IMG/VR virus record: IMGVR_UViG_3300013232_000486
Length of the DNA stretch: 64,000 nt
From: a virus
Taxonomy: Duplodnaviria > Heunggongvirae > Uroviricota > Caudoviricetes
Direction: 5' to 3' (one strand)
Shown piece by piece: positions 16,224-24,973 of the stretch. The notes under the pieces are model-generated. The model worked only from the letters and a program-made list of their open reading frames with translations. It was not told the DNA's origin and did not search any database. Made by a program: the position numbers and the translations under genes. Positions within the stretch are counted from its first letter, which is position 1, and the number at the start of each line of letters is the position of its first letter.

Positions 16224-17831
16224 ATGGCCGTCTTCGGACAGCAAGAATATGGAAGTCCACTAGGAGCGATAGCCCCGAACGTGGTCTTCGATGCCTCTGG
16301 GGCTGGTTATTATGACTATTCTGGCTTCTCTGCTAGGACTGGGGCCTCCGGGTTCTCTGGATTCTCGATGGCTTCCGTATCTCCGTTGTGTCACCAAAAG
16401 CCTGGTATAGAATTGCTCCCGTGGCGTCCGACACTCATCTTCCCGTTGAATTACGAGGTTGTTGTTGGGGTAGTTGACGTGATCTGGCGAGAAGCCATAC
16501 CGCAAGACTCGTGTGGAGACGACGTCACCTACGAAATACAGTACACCAACTCGTTCAGTAGAAACTTTGGATGGAGAACCATCAGCAAGGACATTCCGTC
16601 GGGAACATCGTCCACACCCATAGACTTCTCCAAAATACCGTACTCCGACGATGCTGGGCTAAGGATCAGGGCTAGAGACACAAGCGGGATCTATTCGGAC
16701 TGGTCCTCAAATTTGAAGCCGTTTACTGTAGCCAATCATCCGCCGAATGAGTTGCAGCTTATTTTCCCAGTTTCCGGAAACACGTTCGACGAGATTTTGA
16801 CTGTGATATGGAAAGAGCCTACCGTAGCCGACATAGACGGGCATTCGGTTACTTACACGGTCCAAGTAACCATGGATTACGCTGGCGATACTGGGTGGAT
16901 AACCGTTCCTGGAGGGGAATTCATTCCTCGCGGGATTACCAGCATATCCGTCAGCAGTTTTGAGTTCCCAGAAGGGTATAACTTCGGAGTAAGGGTAATC
17001 CCAGTAGACGAGTTTGGGGCGCAAGGCATTCCAGCGAAAACCGACTTCAAGATAAAACACGCTGGCAACTTCATAATCGACACCGTCCCGCCTGTTGGAA
17101 CGGCTGTAATCAATGACGGATCCACTCTTGTGGCGGATCCAAGAGTAAAGATTGAATTGTACGCCACCGATACCACGACGGGGATTAAGGACGTAAGGTT
17201 CAGGAACGAGGGTGAAGACTGGGGCGACTGGGACAGCTACGTGAACCAGAAGTTCTGGGACTTGTCTGAAGGTGACGGAAGCAAGAGGGTGTTCGTTCAG
17301 TTTAGGGATTGCGCTGGAAACATTAGCGAAGCATGTGATTGCGAAATAATAAGCCGCGTCTTGTGCAGGACGGGCAACGTCACCGACTTGCAGAGGGGTC
17401 CTGAACGCTTGTATGCGTCTTATGACAGAGATGGCAGGATCATTGAGTACGCATATCTACCGATCAACCTGACTGCCACCCCTGTTCCAGTGGTGAATGC
17501 GCTGGCGTTCTATCAAGACGACCTATACGCGGCGGCCTATGACGAAGCGGCAGACCAAACGACGGTATACAGGATGAGGGGAACGCCTTCCACGATAATG
17601 GTCATTTCTGGGAAGATACTCTCCATGACCGAGTATTCCACGGGACTATACGTGGGTATGCTAGGCGGATACATCAAGGACCTGTTTAGCACGACTAGGT
17701 ATCCAGCCGTCGGAGACCCTCCTCTTCCGCCAGTCACCAAGGTCAGGACTGACGGATCGGTCCTGTACGCCACTGCTGGAGAGTATTACGTCACCTACAA
17801 CGATGTCCAGTGGGAGCAGAAGCAAGTATGA
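16224..17831 (+). CDS. putative virion protein: two FN3-like domains, Ig module, partial propeller
   Basis: W..A..D..GD.VTY.(I/V)Q repeats; DTVPPVGTAVINDG..W.L..GDG.K.V.VQFRD.AGN module; SGFSG-rich N-terminus. Confidence 0.7.
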   Translation: MAVFGQQEYGSPLGAIAPNVVFDASGAGYYDYSGFSARTGASGFSGFSMASVSPLCHQKPGIELLPWRPTLIFPLNYEVVVGVVDVIWREAIPQDSCGDDVTYEIQYTNSFSRNFGWRTISKDIPSGTSSTPIDFSKIPYSDDAGLRIRARDTSGIYSDWSSNLKPFTVANHPPNELQLIFPVSGNTFDEILTVIWKEPTVADIDGHSVTYTVQVTMDYAGDTGWITVPGGEFIPRGITSISVSSFEFPEGYNFGVRVIPVDEFGAQGIPAKTDFKIKHAGNFIIDTVPPVGTAVINDGSTLVADPRVKIELYATDTTTGIKDVRFRNEGEDWGDWDSYVNQKFWDLSEGDGSKRVFVQFRDCAGNISEACDCEIISRVLCRTGNVTDLQRGPERLYASYDRDGRIIEYAYLPINLTATPVPVVNALAFYQDDLYAAAYDEAADQTTVYRMRGTPSTIMVISGKILSMTEYSTGLYVGMLGGYIKDLFSTTRYPAVGDPPLPPVTKVRTDGSVLYATAGEYYVTYNDVQWEQKQV

Positions 17832-20317
17832 GCGTGAACTGGACGCAACTTTTGGTTGATGCCACCACCTCCACGACCTCCTGGATGGTTCCAGCGGCGG
17901 AAGAGGTTGTTGCGGTTGCCTCTTTGGGCTCGTATTATGGGCCGCTTCAAAAAGGCATTATGAAGTCAACCGACCTGAATTATGTGGACATCTCGTACCC
18001 GACCACCAAGTCTGCCCCATACTTGTCTGACAGAGGATTCTTCTCAAGCTCAATCTTAGTCGGCTATCACCTGCAAATCATTGAAGGCGACTATAGCCAG
18101 TCTGATTGCAACCAGATTTTGTCAGACGACTCAAAGTCATTGTTTCAGTCCACGGTCTTGGTGTATCGTCGAGCTGGAAGGCCGTTAATGGATCGTGCGC
18201 CAGGAAGTGTGGTTTACGAGGATTCTATCCTCGTGGCCCCTTCCGATGCGTCATTTGACCGACCAGACAAGCTTTTGTCTCAATCCACGCTAAAGATCAG
18301 AGTTGATATCCCCAGTGGCGTTCTCGTGGAAGGAACCAGGTACACGGCTAGAGCGAGATGCATTCTTGCCTTCCCGTTCACCGAGGGGGATGGATACGAG
18401 CCTAGGTGGTTTGTTTACGAGAATGGTGCTCGCCCATATTTTACCAATTGGGGGATCTCGAAGGCATCCGTAAACAGCAAGCCAAGCATCGTAAACTTGA
18501 CTGTGAATGGGCTATCAAATGCTGCGCGACTTCCATCAAAGAGCGGAACGTTGATGGGATTCACGGTAAAGAACCAAGATGGTCCGAAGGCCAGATACAG
18601 AATACAGGTAGGCAGCGTTACGTATGGCCAGTTCATCCCGAGCATGTGGGATTCAAATTGGGTCACCCTGACCGACGGAGTTGGCATCGTCGATGTCTCC
18701 ATCCCATACCAAGGAAGGGGACTGAAAAACGGCATTGCATACTCGTGGAGGGTTCGCGCCAACGACGGGCTATCAGATGGTGAATGGTCGGACATAAAAA
18801 CGTTCTCCATAAATGACCCTGCAAGGATCCGTTCCATAAAGGTGGACGATACAGAAATATTGTTCGGTCACGTTCCGAAGTCTCCAGCCAATGGGGCAGT
18901 CGTGACGTGGACATATTACGACAAGGAGAGCGTTGGTCAGAAGTACTACAAACTCTTCTACAGGCAAGATGATTGGGCCACGGAAAAGGAAATATCTGAT
19001 AAAAGTAGCGTTAGCACAGTTACCCTTCCGTCATTGGACGCTGGCAGGCAAGTATTCTTGAGGCTCGTTGTTTCGGATGGAATTGAAGAAACGACGGCTT
19101 CGGGAAGCTTTGTCGCGAACAGTCCAGCGTCCGTCACAAGGATACTAATTGACGGGGAAGAAAACCCGCTCACCGTGACCAATCTTACTCCGACGCTATC
19201 TTGGGTATACCAAGACATGGATTCAGAGGCGCAAGCTGGCTATCAGCTACAAGTTTCGGATAACCCAGATTTCTCCACGCTGGAATGGGATACTGGACAA
19301 ACCTTGTCTTCGACAAACTTTGTAGTCTATGCTGGAACCGCGCTCGCACACGGAACATACTTCATCAGGATGAGCGTGTACGATGGAGTATCGTGGTCAG
19401 CGTTTTCAGACTCAGTTACCGCCTTCTTTGCGGTGAATAATGCGCCCACGAGTCCAGTGGTGATTCAGCCGACTGCTGGATCATATTCTGGAGCGATCGA
19501 GGTCAGGTGGCTCCCAGCAACCGATATCGACGGGGACGAGTTGACATACCAAATTGAAGTGACGAGCCAGCGCAGCAGCAATCGCGGATGGAGCCTTTTG
19601 GTTGGCCCATTACCATCAACTCAGACTTCGTATTGGATTGGCGCGTCTGACTTGCCGTCTGGAGACGACTATGGGATTAGAGTGATAGCAAGCGACGGCA
19701 TGGCCAATTCAGACCCTGCCCTTGGATCCATATCGCAGAAGTTCTACATCGCAAACCATGCTCCAACTACCCCTGTGTTTGTATCCCCCTTGAGTGGTCA
19801 AACCGTCGTGAAGTCCATGCGCGTGGAATGGATCGAGGCTGACCCAGTTGACATTGACGATGATGTTGTCTACTACATCCTAGAGATTAGCGACGACGCT
19901 AGCAGTTCTTCTCCATCGTGGAAGCATCTTGGCACATTTGGGACTGGAACGACGTCATTTGTTTTCGATACGGATGGATACGACAACGGAACGGACTATC
20001 AGTTCCGCATCACTGCTTACGACGAGCATGGGCTTGTCGGCGACGTGAACACGAGCCCTAAGTTCATCATCAACACCACCCCAACGGCGATTGATGTGGC
20101 ATTCCTAGATGGAACCACTTACCTGACTACTTCTGACGGTAGAATACTACGTGTTAGGAACGCGTCATGGCAAGTTGACGAGGACTGGTCTGGAGAGAGG
20201 TCGTCTAGAACTTTTGATTACTACTCTACCCCCGGAGGAAAGCTTTCGATCGTAGATGGCGAGCTTAGGTTTACCGCTCCAAATGGGCAAACAATGATTT
20301 TGAGGGAGGGACAATAG
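17828..20317 (+). CDS. putative virion protein with FN3/Ig repeats
   Basis: ATGA overlap gives start MSVNW; repeated W.Y.D.D...Q..Y.(L/I).V....WD(S/T)G and N.AP..P...P domains. Confidence 0.72.
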   Translation: MSVNWTQLLVDATTSTTSWMVPAAEEVVAVASLGSYYGPLQKGIMKSTDLNYVDISYPTTKSAPYLSDRGFFSSSILVGYHLQIIEGDYSQSDCNQILSDDSKSLFQSTVLVYRRAGRPLMDRAPGSVVYEDSILVAPSDASFDRPDKLLSQSTLKIRVDIPSGVLVEGTRYTARARCILAFPFTEGDGYEPRWFVYENGARPYFTNWGISKASVNSKPSIVNLTVNGLSNAARLPSKSGTLMGFTVKNQDGPKARYRIQVGSVTYGQFIPSMWDSNWVTLTDGVGIVDVSIPYQGRGLKNGIAYSWRVRANDGLSDGEWSDIKTFSINDPARIRSIKVDDTEILFGHVPKSPANGAVVTWTYYDKESVGQKYYKLFYRQDDWATEKEISDKSSVSTVTLPSLDAGRQVFLRLVVSDGIEETTASGSFVANSPASVTRILIDGEENPLTVTNLTPTLSWVYQDMDSEAQAGYQLQVSDNPDFSTLEWDTGQTLSSTNFVVYAGTALAHGTYFIRMSVYDGVSWSAFSDSVTAFFAVNNAPTSPVVIQPTAGSYSGAIEVRWLPATDIDGDELTYQIEVTSQRSSNRGWSLLVGPLPSTQTSYWIGASDLPSGDDYGIRVIASDGMANSDPALGSISQKFYIANHAPTTPVFVSPLSGQTVVKSMRVEWIEADPVDIDDDVVYYILEISDDASSSSPSWKHLGTFGTGTTSFVFDTDGYDNGTDYQFRITAYDEHGLVGDVNTSPKFIINTTPTAIDVAFLDGTTYLTTSDGRILRVRNASWQVDEDWSGERSSRTFDYYSTPGGKLSIVDGELRFTAPNGQTMILREGQ

Positions 20318-20318
20318 T

Positions 20319-21173
20319 TTGGGTTACTATGCTTATCCCAATGGCGTTGTCAGTCATGCAATAAGCATGATGGCAAGGTCGACGGACTATCCAAACCCAC
20401 CCTTCATGCCATCCGGTCTCTTGATAGAGTGGCGTCTGAATGGAACCGTCGTAAAGACAGGGAACACCAGCATTGAAGCCGACAGGAGCATAAACACCAG
20501 CTCTCTTGGAGACTACAAGTTCAAGCCATGGCATGCCAATCTGCTCGTCGACTTCGTAATATCTGGGACCGAGTTTTCGTCAGCGAACACATTATCGAAC
20601 AACGACCCTACATTCAGTGGGGGACTTGAACAAGACGAATACGGCATAGCTCCACGCAGTCCAAGGATCTACTGGACGTATGACGATGTGGATGGAGACA
20701 GGCAACAATTATTAAGGGTTCTTGTCGGCGCTGGGCCAGGAGGATCGGAATATTACGACTCCGGGTACATCTTTGGAGACCCAGGAGACGCGAATGGTGA
20801 TGGAGTCGTGAACGAGGACGACTACAATTACGTTAGTGCTAGGCTTGGGGCCGTCTATGGAGACGCGAACTACGTATACAAAGCCGACTTCAATAGAGAC
20901 GGGGTCATAAGCGAAGCAGACCTTGACATCGTGACTCTGTTCATGGGATCAGAATATAGCTTGTCTCAGGCCTCCGAAAGTTACACGTTTCAAATACCAG
21001 AAATGGCTGGAGGGATACCAATCTTTTGGTCGATCCAGTCTGGAGACGGAGAGAAGATCAATAATACCGATCCAGATTGGCCCGAGCCGCCAAGGAAGTT
21101 TATTGAAATCACTGGAGCGTCGACGACGAACGAGCCTCCTTTAATCAAAACAGTTCTGATTGACGGGAAATGA
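20319..21173 (+). CDS. FN3-like virion protein with inserted dockerin/EF-hand pair
   Basis: TTG start with GGGAGG SD; GDANGDGVVNEDD...ADFNRDGVISEADL. Confidence 0.72.
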   Translation: MGYYAYPNGVVSHAISMMARSTDYPNPPFMPSGLLIEWRLNGTVVKTGNTSIEADRSINTSSLGDYKFKPWHANLLVDFVISGTEFSSANTLSNNDPTFSGGLEQDEYGIAPRSPRIYWTYDDVDGDRQQLLRVLVGAGPGGSEYYDSGYIFGDPGDANGDGVVNEDDYNYVSARLGAVYGDANYVYKADFNRDGVISEADLDIVTLFMGSEYSLSQASESYTFQIPEMAGGIPIFWSIQSGDGEKINNTDPDWPEPPRKFIEITGASTTNEPPLIKTVLIDGK

Positions 21174-23620
21174 CGATGGTATCAATAGAAAACAAAACCC
21201 CAACCATCACCTGGACATACGACGACAGTAGTATGCAGCCACAACAAGCGTTCAGGGTGATCGTCACGCGAGGCCCAGACAAGGGCGAGGAGATCCTCTG
21301 GGATACTGGAGAGGTAGAGAGCGATCAGACCGAGGTGGTCTATGGCTACGACAACAATGCGAAGCCGCTTCCTTCCCATGAAACGCTGAGGCTGACGATA
21401 CAAGCATTTGACGGACTTGATTGGGGATGTTCCAGCATCAAGGAATTTGAGATTTCTGCGAAACCAGTAATCACTCTGTGTACGGTCGACAACAAGATAA
21501 ACCCGACAAACCTGACGGACACGTCTCCGGTATTCAGGTGGAAGTACGAGGACGTAGATAACGACCCACTGACCGCATACGAGATCAGGGTTAACACAGA
21601 GCAGACGAACTGGGGAGGGGACGGATTTGCCGGAGTTGTTTGGAGTCCTGGCGTACAGTACCTTCCGAACCCACATGAGGCAGAGTTCAACAAGGATGGT
21701 CTCGCCTTCCATGGCTGCTTCTTCCCGAAGACAATGCAGCTTGGAGTTGTTTACTACTATCAGTTACAAGTGTACGACAAGTATTCAAAATCTGTTTGGT
21801 ACACTGGATACTTCAGGCTTAACAACCCACCAACGGTTACAGCGCTTTCTGTCCTTCCAGTCGACCCGAGTAACGGAGACGACATCGAGGCCGTGTACAC
21901 GTTTGTTGACGACGCTGGGGAACAAGAAAGCAGCAAAACGCAGATCAGATGGTACAAAAACTCCCGTGAAGTGTCCTTGTTAAGAAACATGAAAATCGTT
22001 CCAGCAGCCATGACTAAGCCCAACGAGAGCTGGTACTTCACCGTCACTCCGCATGATGGCGTCGAGTATGGAATCACGTACACGTCACCAAGGGTCTCCA
22101 TAACAAACATTCCTCCAAAGGTTACGGCCAGCGGGATCACGCCTAAATTGCCAAAGAGTTCGGACGCCTTGGAGGCGATATTCTATGTGTCCGACTTGGA
22201 CAAGGATGCCATAACCGTATCAATTTCATGGTTCAAGAACGGGATTGAGCAAGCTTCTTTGAGAAACAGCCCAACGGTTCCTGCTGGGTACGGCTCTGTT
22301 GGAGATACGTTCTACTTCCAGATCCAAGCCAATGACGGATACGAAAAGAGCACGGTAGAAAAATCAGAAACTGTTACGATACAAAACTCGTTACCGTCAA
22401 TAAGGTACTTGTTCGTTCAGAATCAGCCGTTGCCGATGGATGTCACCAGTCAGTCTCCTTCGATCTGGTGGAAGTACGATGATCCAGATAGACAAACTCA
22501 AGCGGCATATCAGGTCATCATAGGGTCTACGCCACCAATCGCAGCAAGTTCGGTCAACGTTAGATATGCCCCTAGTTCCGCGAAAACGTCTGGCATCATA
22601 GCCGTTGTAAAAGAGTTGAAGGATGCGACTGGAAACGACATCCTTGACACTGGAGTCGTTTACAGCAAAGACAGCGTGTATTCAAGGTCGCTGGTGGACT
22701 CTCGTCAGTCTATAAGCCTGAGCGCAGCGCAATCCATAAAATACTCTAATTACTACCTAGACAAGGACTTGCAAACAACTATTCTGCAAGCAAACCAACC
22801 AAAGGGAGAGGCCGTATTCACGTTCCAAGGTGAAACAGGAATTTACGAGGTGGCTATAGAATACGTCGGAGAGGCGAACAAGAAGTCAGCCTACCGATTG
22901 CTTGTAGACGGTACTACCATTGACCAGTTCGTATCCGACGGGGTTGCTGGCGTAAAGTCGCGAGCATTCTCTCAGGCAAAAATACAGAAAGGCTCATCGG
23001 TATCCATTGTCGGTAGCCCATCAGACAATAATGGCAGAGCACCGTTCAGAAGGCTGTTATGCTCGCCAGTCCTAAGTTTTGAGTTTTTGGCCAGTCAGAT
23101 GCAGCTTGCCGGATATTCCGATGCTGGTGACGGTACGATTCGTCTTGTTGGATCTAGCGGGTTGGCTCAGCTCAGGTTCCCATACGTGAGCGGGACATAC
23201 GACATAGAGGTCTACTATGTGACTGAGTCTTCTGGATCACCAACCGCCGAGATTCAAGTGAATTCCACGTCCGTGTACTCTTGGACGTTTGAAGAAGGAT
23301 TGCAACGCAGGATCAGAACTGTTCGTGGAGTGGATCTGGATACTGGCAATATCATAAAGCTACTGGCCACGAAGGACGGAAGCTCTTCTGCCAAGATAGA
23401 AAAATTGGTGTTCTTGCCATCAGCAACTGGAGGACTCGCGTCCTTGAGGCCTGGTCGGACGTACTTCGCTTCGGTGAGAGTATCTGATGGAGACGCATGG
23501 AGCGATTGGTACGTCACTAGATTCGTCATGGATGGTTCTGCCTGGTATTCTGACGTGAGCAACGAGCAAGGATGGACGATAGAGTTCTCTGCGAGGCTGA
23601 TGAGAGGGGTTAGTGTGTAA
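21170..23620 (+). CDS. putative virion protein: FN3/Ig repeats and two CBM-like beta-sandwiches
   Basis: ATGA overlap; N.PP...Y.F.D..G..E....I.WYKN Ig repeats; two G.Y.(V/I).(I/V).Y..E modules resembling CBM6/35. Confidence 0.72.
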   Translation: MTMVSIENKTPTITWTYDDSSMQPQQAFRVIVTRGPDKGEEILWDTGEVESDQTEVVYGYDNNAKPLPSHETLRLTIQAFDGLDWGCSSIKEFEISAKPVITLCTVDNKINPTNLTDTSPVFRWKYEDVDNDPLTAYEIRVNTEQTNWGGDGFAGVVWSPGVQYLPNPHEAEFNKDGLAFHGCFFPKTMQLGVVYYYQLQVYDKYSKSVWYTGYFRLNNPPTVTALSVLPVDPSNGDDIEAVYTFVDDAGEQESSKTQIRWYKNSREVSLLRNMKIVPAAMTKPNESWYFTVTPHDGVEYGITYTSPRVSITNIPPKVTASGITPKLPKSSDALEAIFYVSDLDKDAITVSISWFKNGIEQASLRNSPTVPAGYGSVGDTFYFQIQANDGYEKSTVEKSETVTIQNSLPSIRYLFVQNQPLPMDVTSQSPSIWWKYDDPDRQTQAAYQVIIGSTPPIAASSVNVRYAPSSAKTSGIIAVVKELKDATGNDILDTGVVYSKDSVYSRSLVDSRQSISLSAAQSIKYSNYYLDKDLQTTILQANQPKGEAVFTFQGETGIYEVAIEYVGEANKKSAYRLLVDGTTIDQFVSDGVAGVKSRAFSQAKIQKGSSVSIVGSPSDNNGRAPFRRLLCSPVLSFEFLASQMQLAGYSDAGDGTIRLVGSSGLAQLRFPYVSGTYDIEVYYVTESSGSPTAEIQVNSTSVYSWTFEEGLQRRIRTVRGVDLDTGNIIKLLATKDGSSSAKIEKLVFLPSATGGLASLRPGRTYFASVRVSDGDAWSDWYVTRFVMDGSAWYSDVSNEQGWTIEFSARLMRGVSV

Positions 23621-24963
23621 TGGCAAAGAAAACGTATGAAGAACTGGATAGGGAACGAAAGGCCAAGGAAGCGGAGGAAGCTGCCGCCAGGCAGAAGCGT
23701 ATTCAAGAAGCTCAACAAGAGTATAAGGACGCTATAAAGCCACCCGAACCACCAAAGCCGAAGCCACCAAGGTCAAACCCTTTGGAAGATGCCAAGGCGA
23801 GATATGAGGAACAGCGTGCTGCCGCAGAAAAAGCACATAACGATGCCGAAGCCAAGGTTCGAAGCGACCTACAGAAAAAAGCCCTTAACGACGCCGCAAA
23901 AGCATTGGCAGAAATGCAAGCCGAGTTCAACAAGCGCAAAGCATCTGGATGGGTCACCTCCAACGAGGAAACCGAGTTCAATAAAGAACAAGCCGCAAGA
24001 CAGAACGCCTACAATGAAATGCAGCAAGAATTTAAGGACAGTGAGGCAAAAAGGATAGAAGATAAGAAGAAGGCTGCTGGACAAAGCAAAGAACAGCAAG
24101 ACCAAAGAGACAAAGAAGAGCAAAGAAGGAAAGACGAAGAAAAAGCAAAGCGAGACAAAGAGCAAGAAAAGCGAGACGAAGAAAAGAAAGGCTGGGAAGA
24201 CTGGAACGACCAAAACAACAAGAACGGTCAGGCACCAACGAACTATCCCGTCGAACTTGACGCCGAAACTCCAATGGTAGGGGAACTGAACTTCTCGAAG
24301 AACGACCCAGGCGCAGAAGTCAAAGCTACGAAACCAGATTGTAGGCCCCTCGAGGAGACCATCAACAAGAAGATAGCAGAGTTCCAAGAACTTCAATCGA
24401 ATGCGTCTGATCTGTTTGGAAAGATAAGCGGTCTTGTTGATCGTTTTGAGATGGAAAAGAGTAAAGGCAAGAATGCCTTTAAGGTAATGATTCAAGGACT
24501 ACAAGCCATGACAGCATTACAAGAGGCTTGCAAGAAATTGAACAAATGCAACACTCCAGAATTTAGAACCAACCTTGATAGATATGCCAAAGAAGTTGCT
24601 GTAGCCACAGAAACACTCAAAAATTCTACGGCTTTTGTCCAAAAAACATTAGTTACGCTCAAGGAAGACGTCAACAAGATACAGATTATGTACAATACTG
24701 CTGTGGGCTTGGGATCGGACGTCAACCTTAATCTGAGGCCCGCATTCATTAGATGTGAAGCGGGTGACGGAGCTGTGAAGGTAAAGATTACAGAACCAAG
24801 TGGAAGTGAAAGTGGAAGTGGAAGTGAAAGTGGGTCGTCTGGAGATTCTGGAGACTCCGGAGACAAGGGTTCGACAGGCATTACTGGTACGATCACTGGA
24901 TCCGACCAAGCATCTGTATCAGGCGCATCTGGCGCGTCTGGAACCTCTGGGACGATAGCATAG
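23620..24963 (+). CDS. highly charged coiled-coil protein with Ser/Gly-rich tail
   Basis: TAATG coupling; E/K/Q/A-rich helical N-terminal half; SGSESG repeats at the C-terminus. Confidence 0.75.
   Translation: MAKKTYEELDRERKAKEAEEAAARQKRIQEAQQEYKDAIKPPEPPKPKPPRSNPLEDAKARYEEQRAAAEKAHNDAEAKVRSDLQKKALNDAAKALAEMQAEFNKRKASGWVTSNEETEFNKEQAARQNAYNEMQQEFKDSEAKRIEDKKKAAGQSKEQQDQRDKEEQRRKDEEKAKRDKEQEKRDEEKKGWEDWNDQNNKNGQAPTNYPVELDAETPMVGELNFSKNDPGAEVKATKPDCRPLEETINKKIAEFQELQSNASDLFGKISGLVDRFEMEKSKGKNAFKVMIQGLQAMTALQEACKKLNKCNTPEFRTNLDRYAKEVAVATETLKNSTAFVQKTLVTLKEDVNKIQIMYNTAVGLGSDVNLNLRPAFIRCEAGDGAVKVKITEPSGSESGSGSESGSSGDSGDSGDKGSTGITGTITGSDQASVSGASGASGTSGTIA
24799..24834 (+). repeat. 18-bp tandem repeat encoding (SGSESG)2
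   Basis: AGTGGAAGTGAAAGTGGA AGTGGAAGTGAAAGTGGG. Confidence 0.8.
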
Positions 24964-24973
24964 GCGGTTGAAA

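Noticed and set aside
21165-21171. GGGAAAT as a canonical -1 slippery heptamer
   Set aside because: It is phased GGG AAA T rather than G GGA AAT, so it does not fit the X XXY YYZ rule. The ATGA overlap explains the junction; recoding is kept only as an alternative.
23620-24963. Tape-measure protein call for the coiled-coil ORF
   Set aside because: It is too short and too charged, with no tape-measure repeats, hydrophobic segments or adjacent tail chaperone genes.
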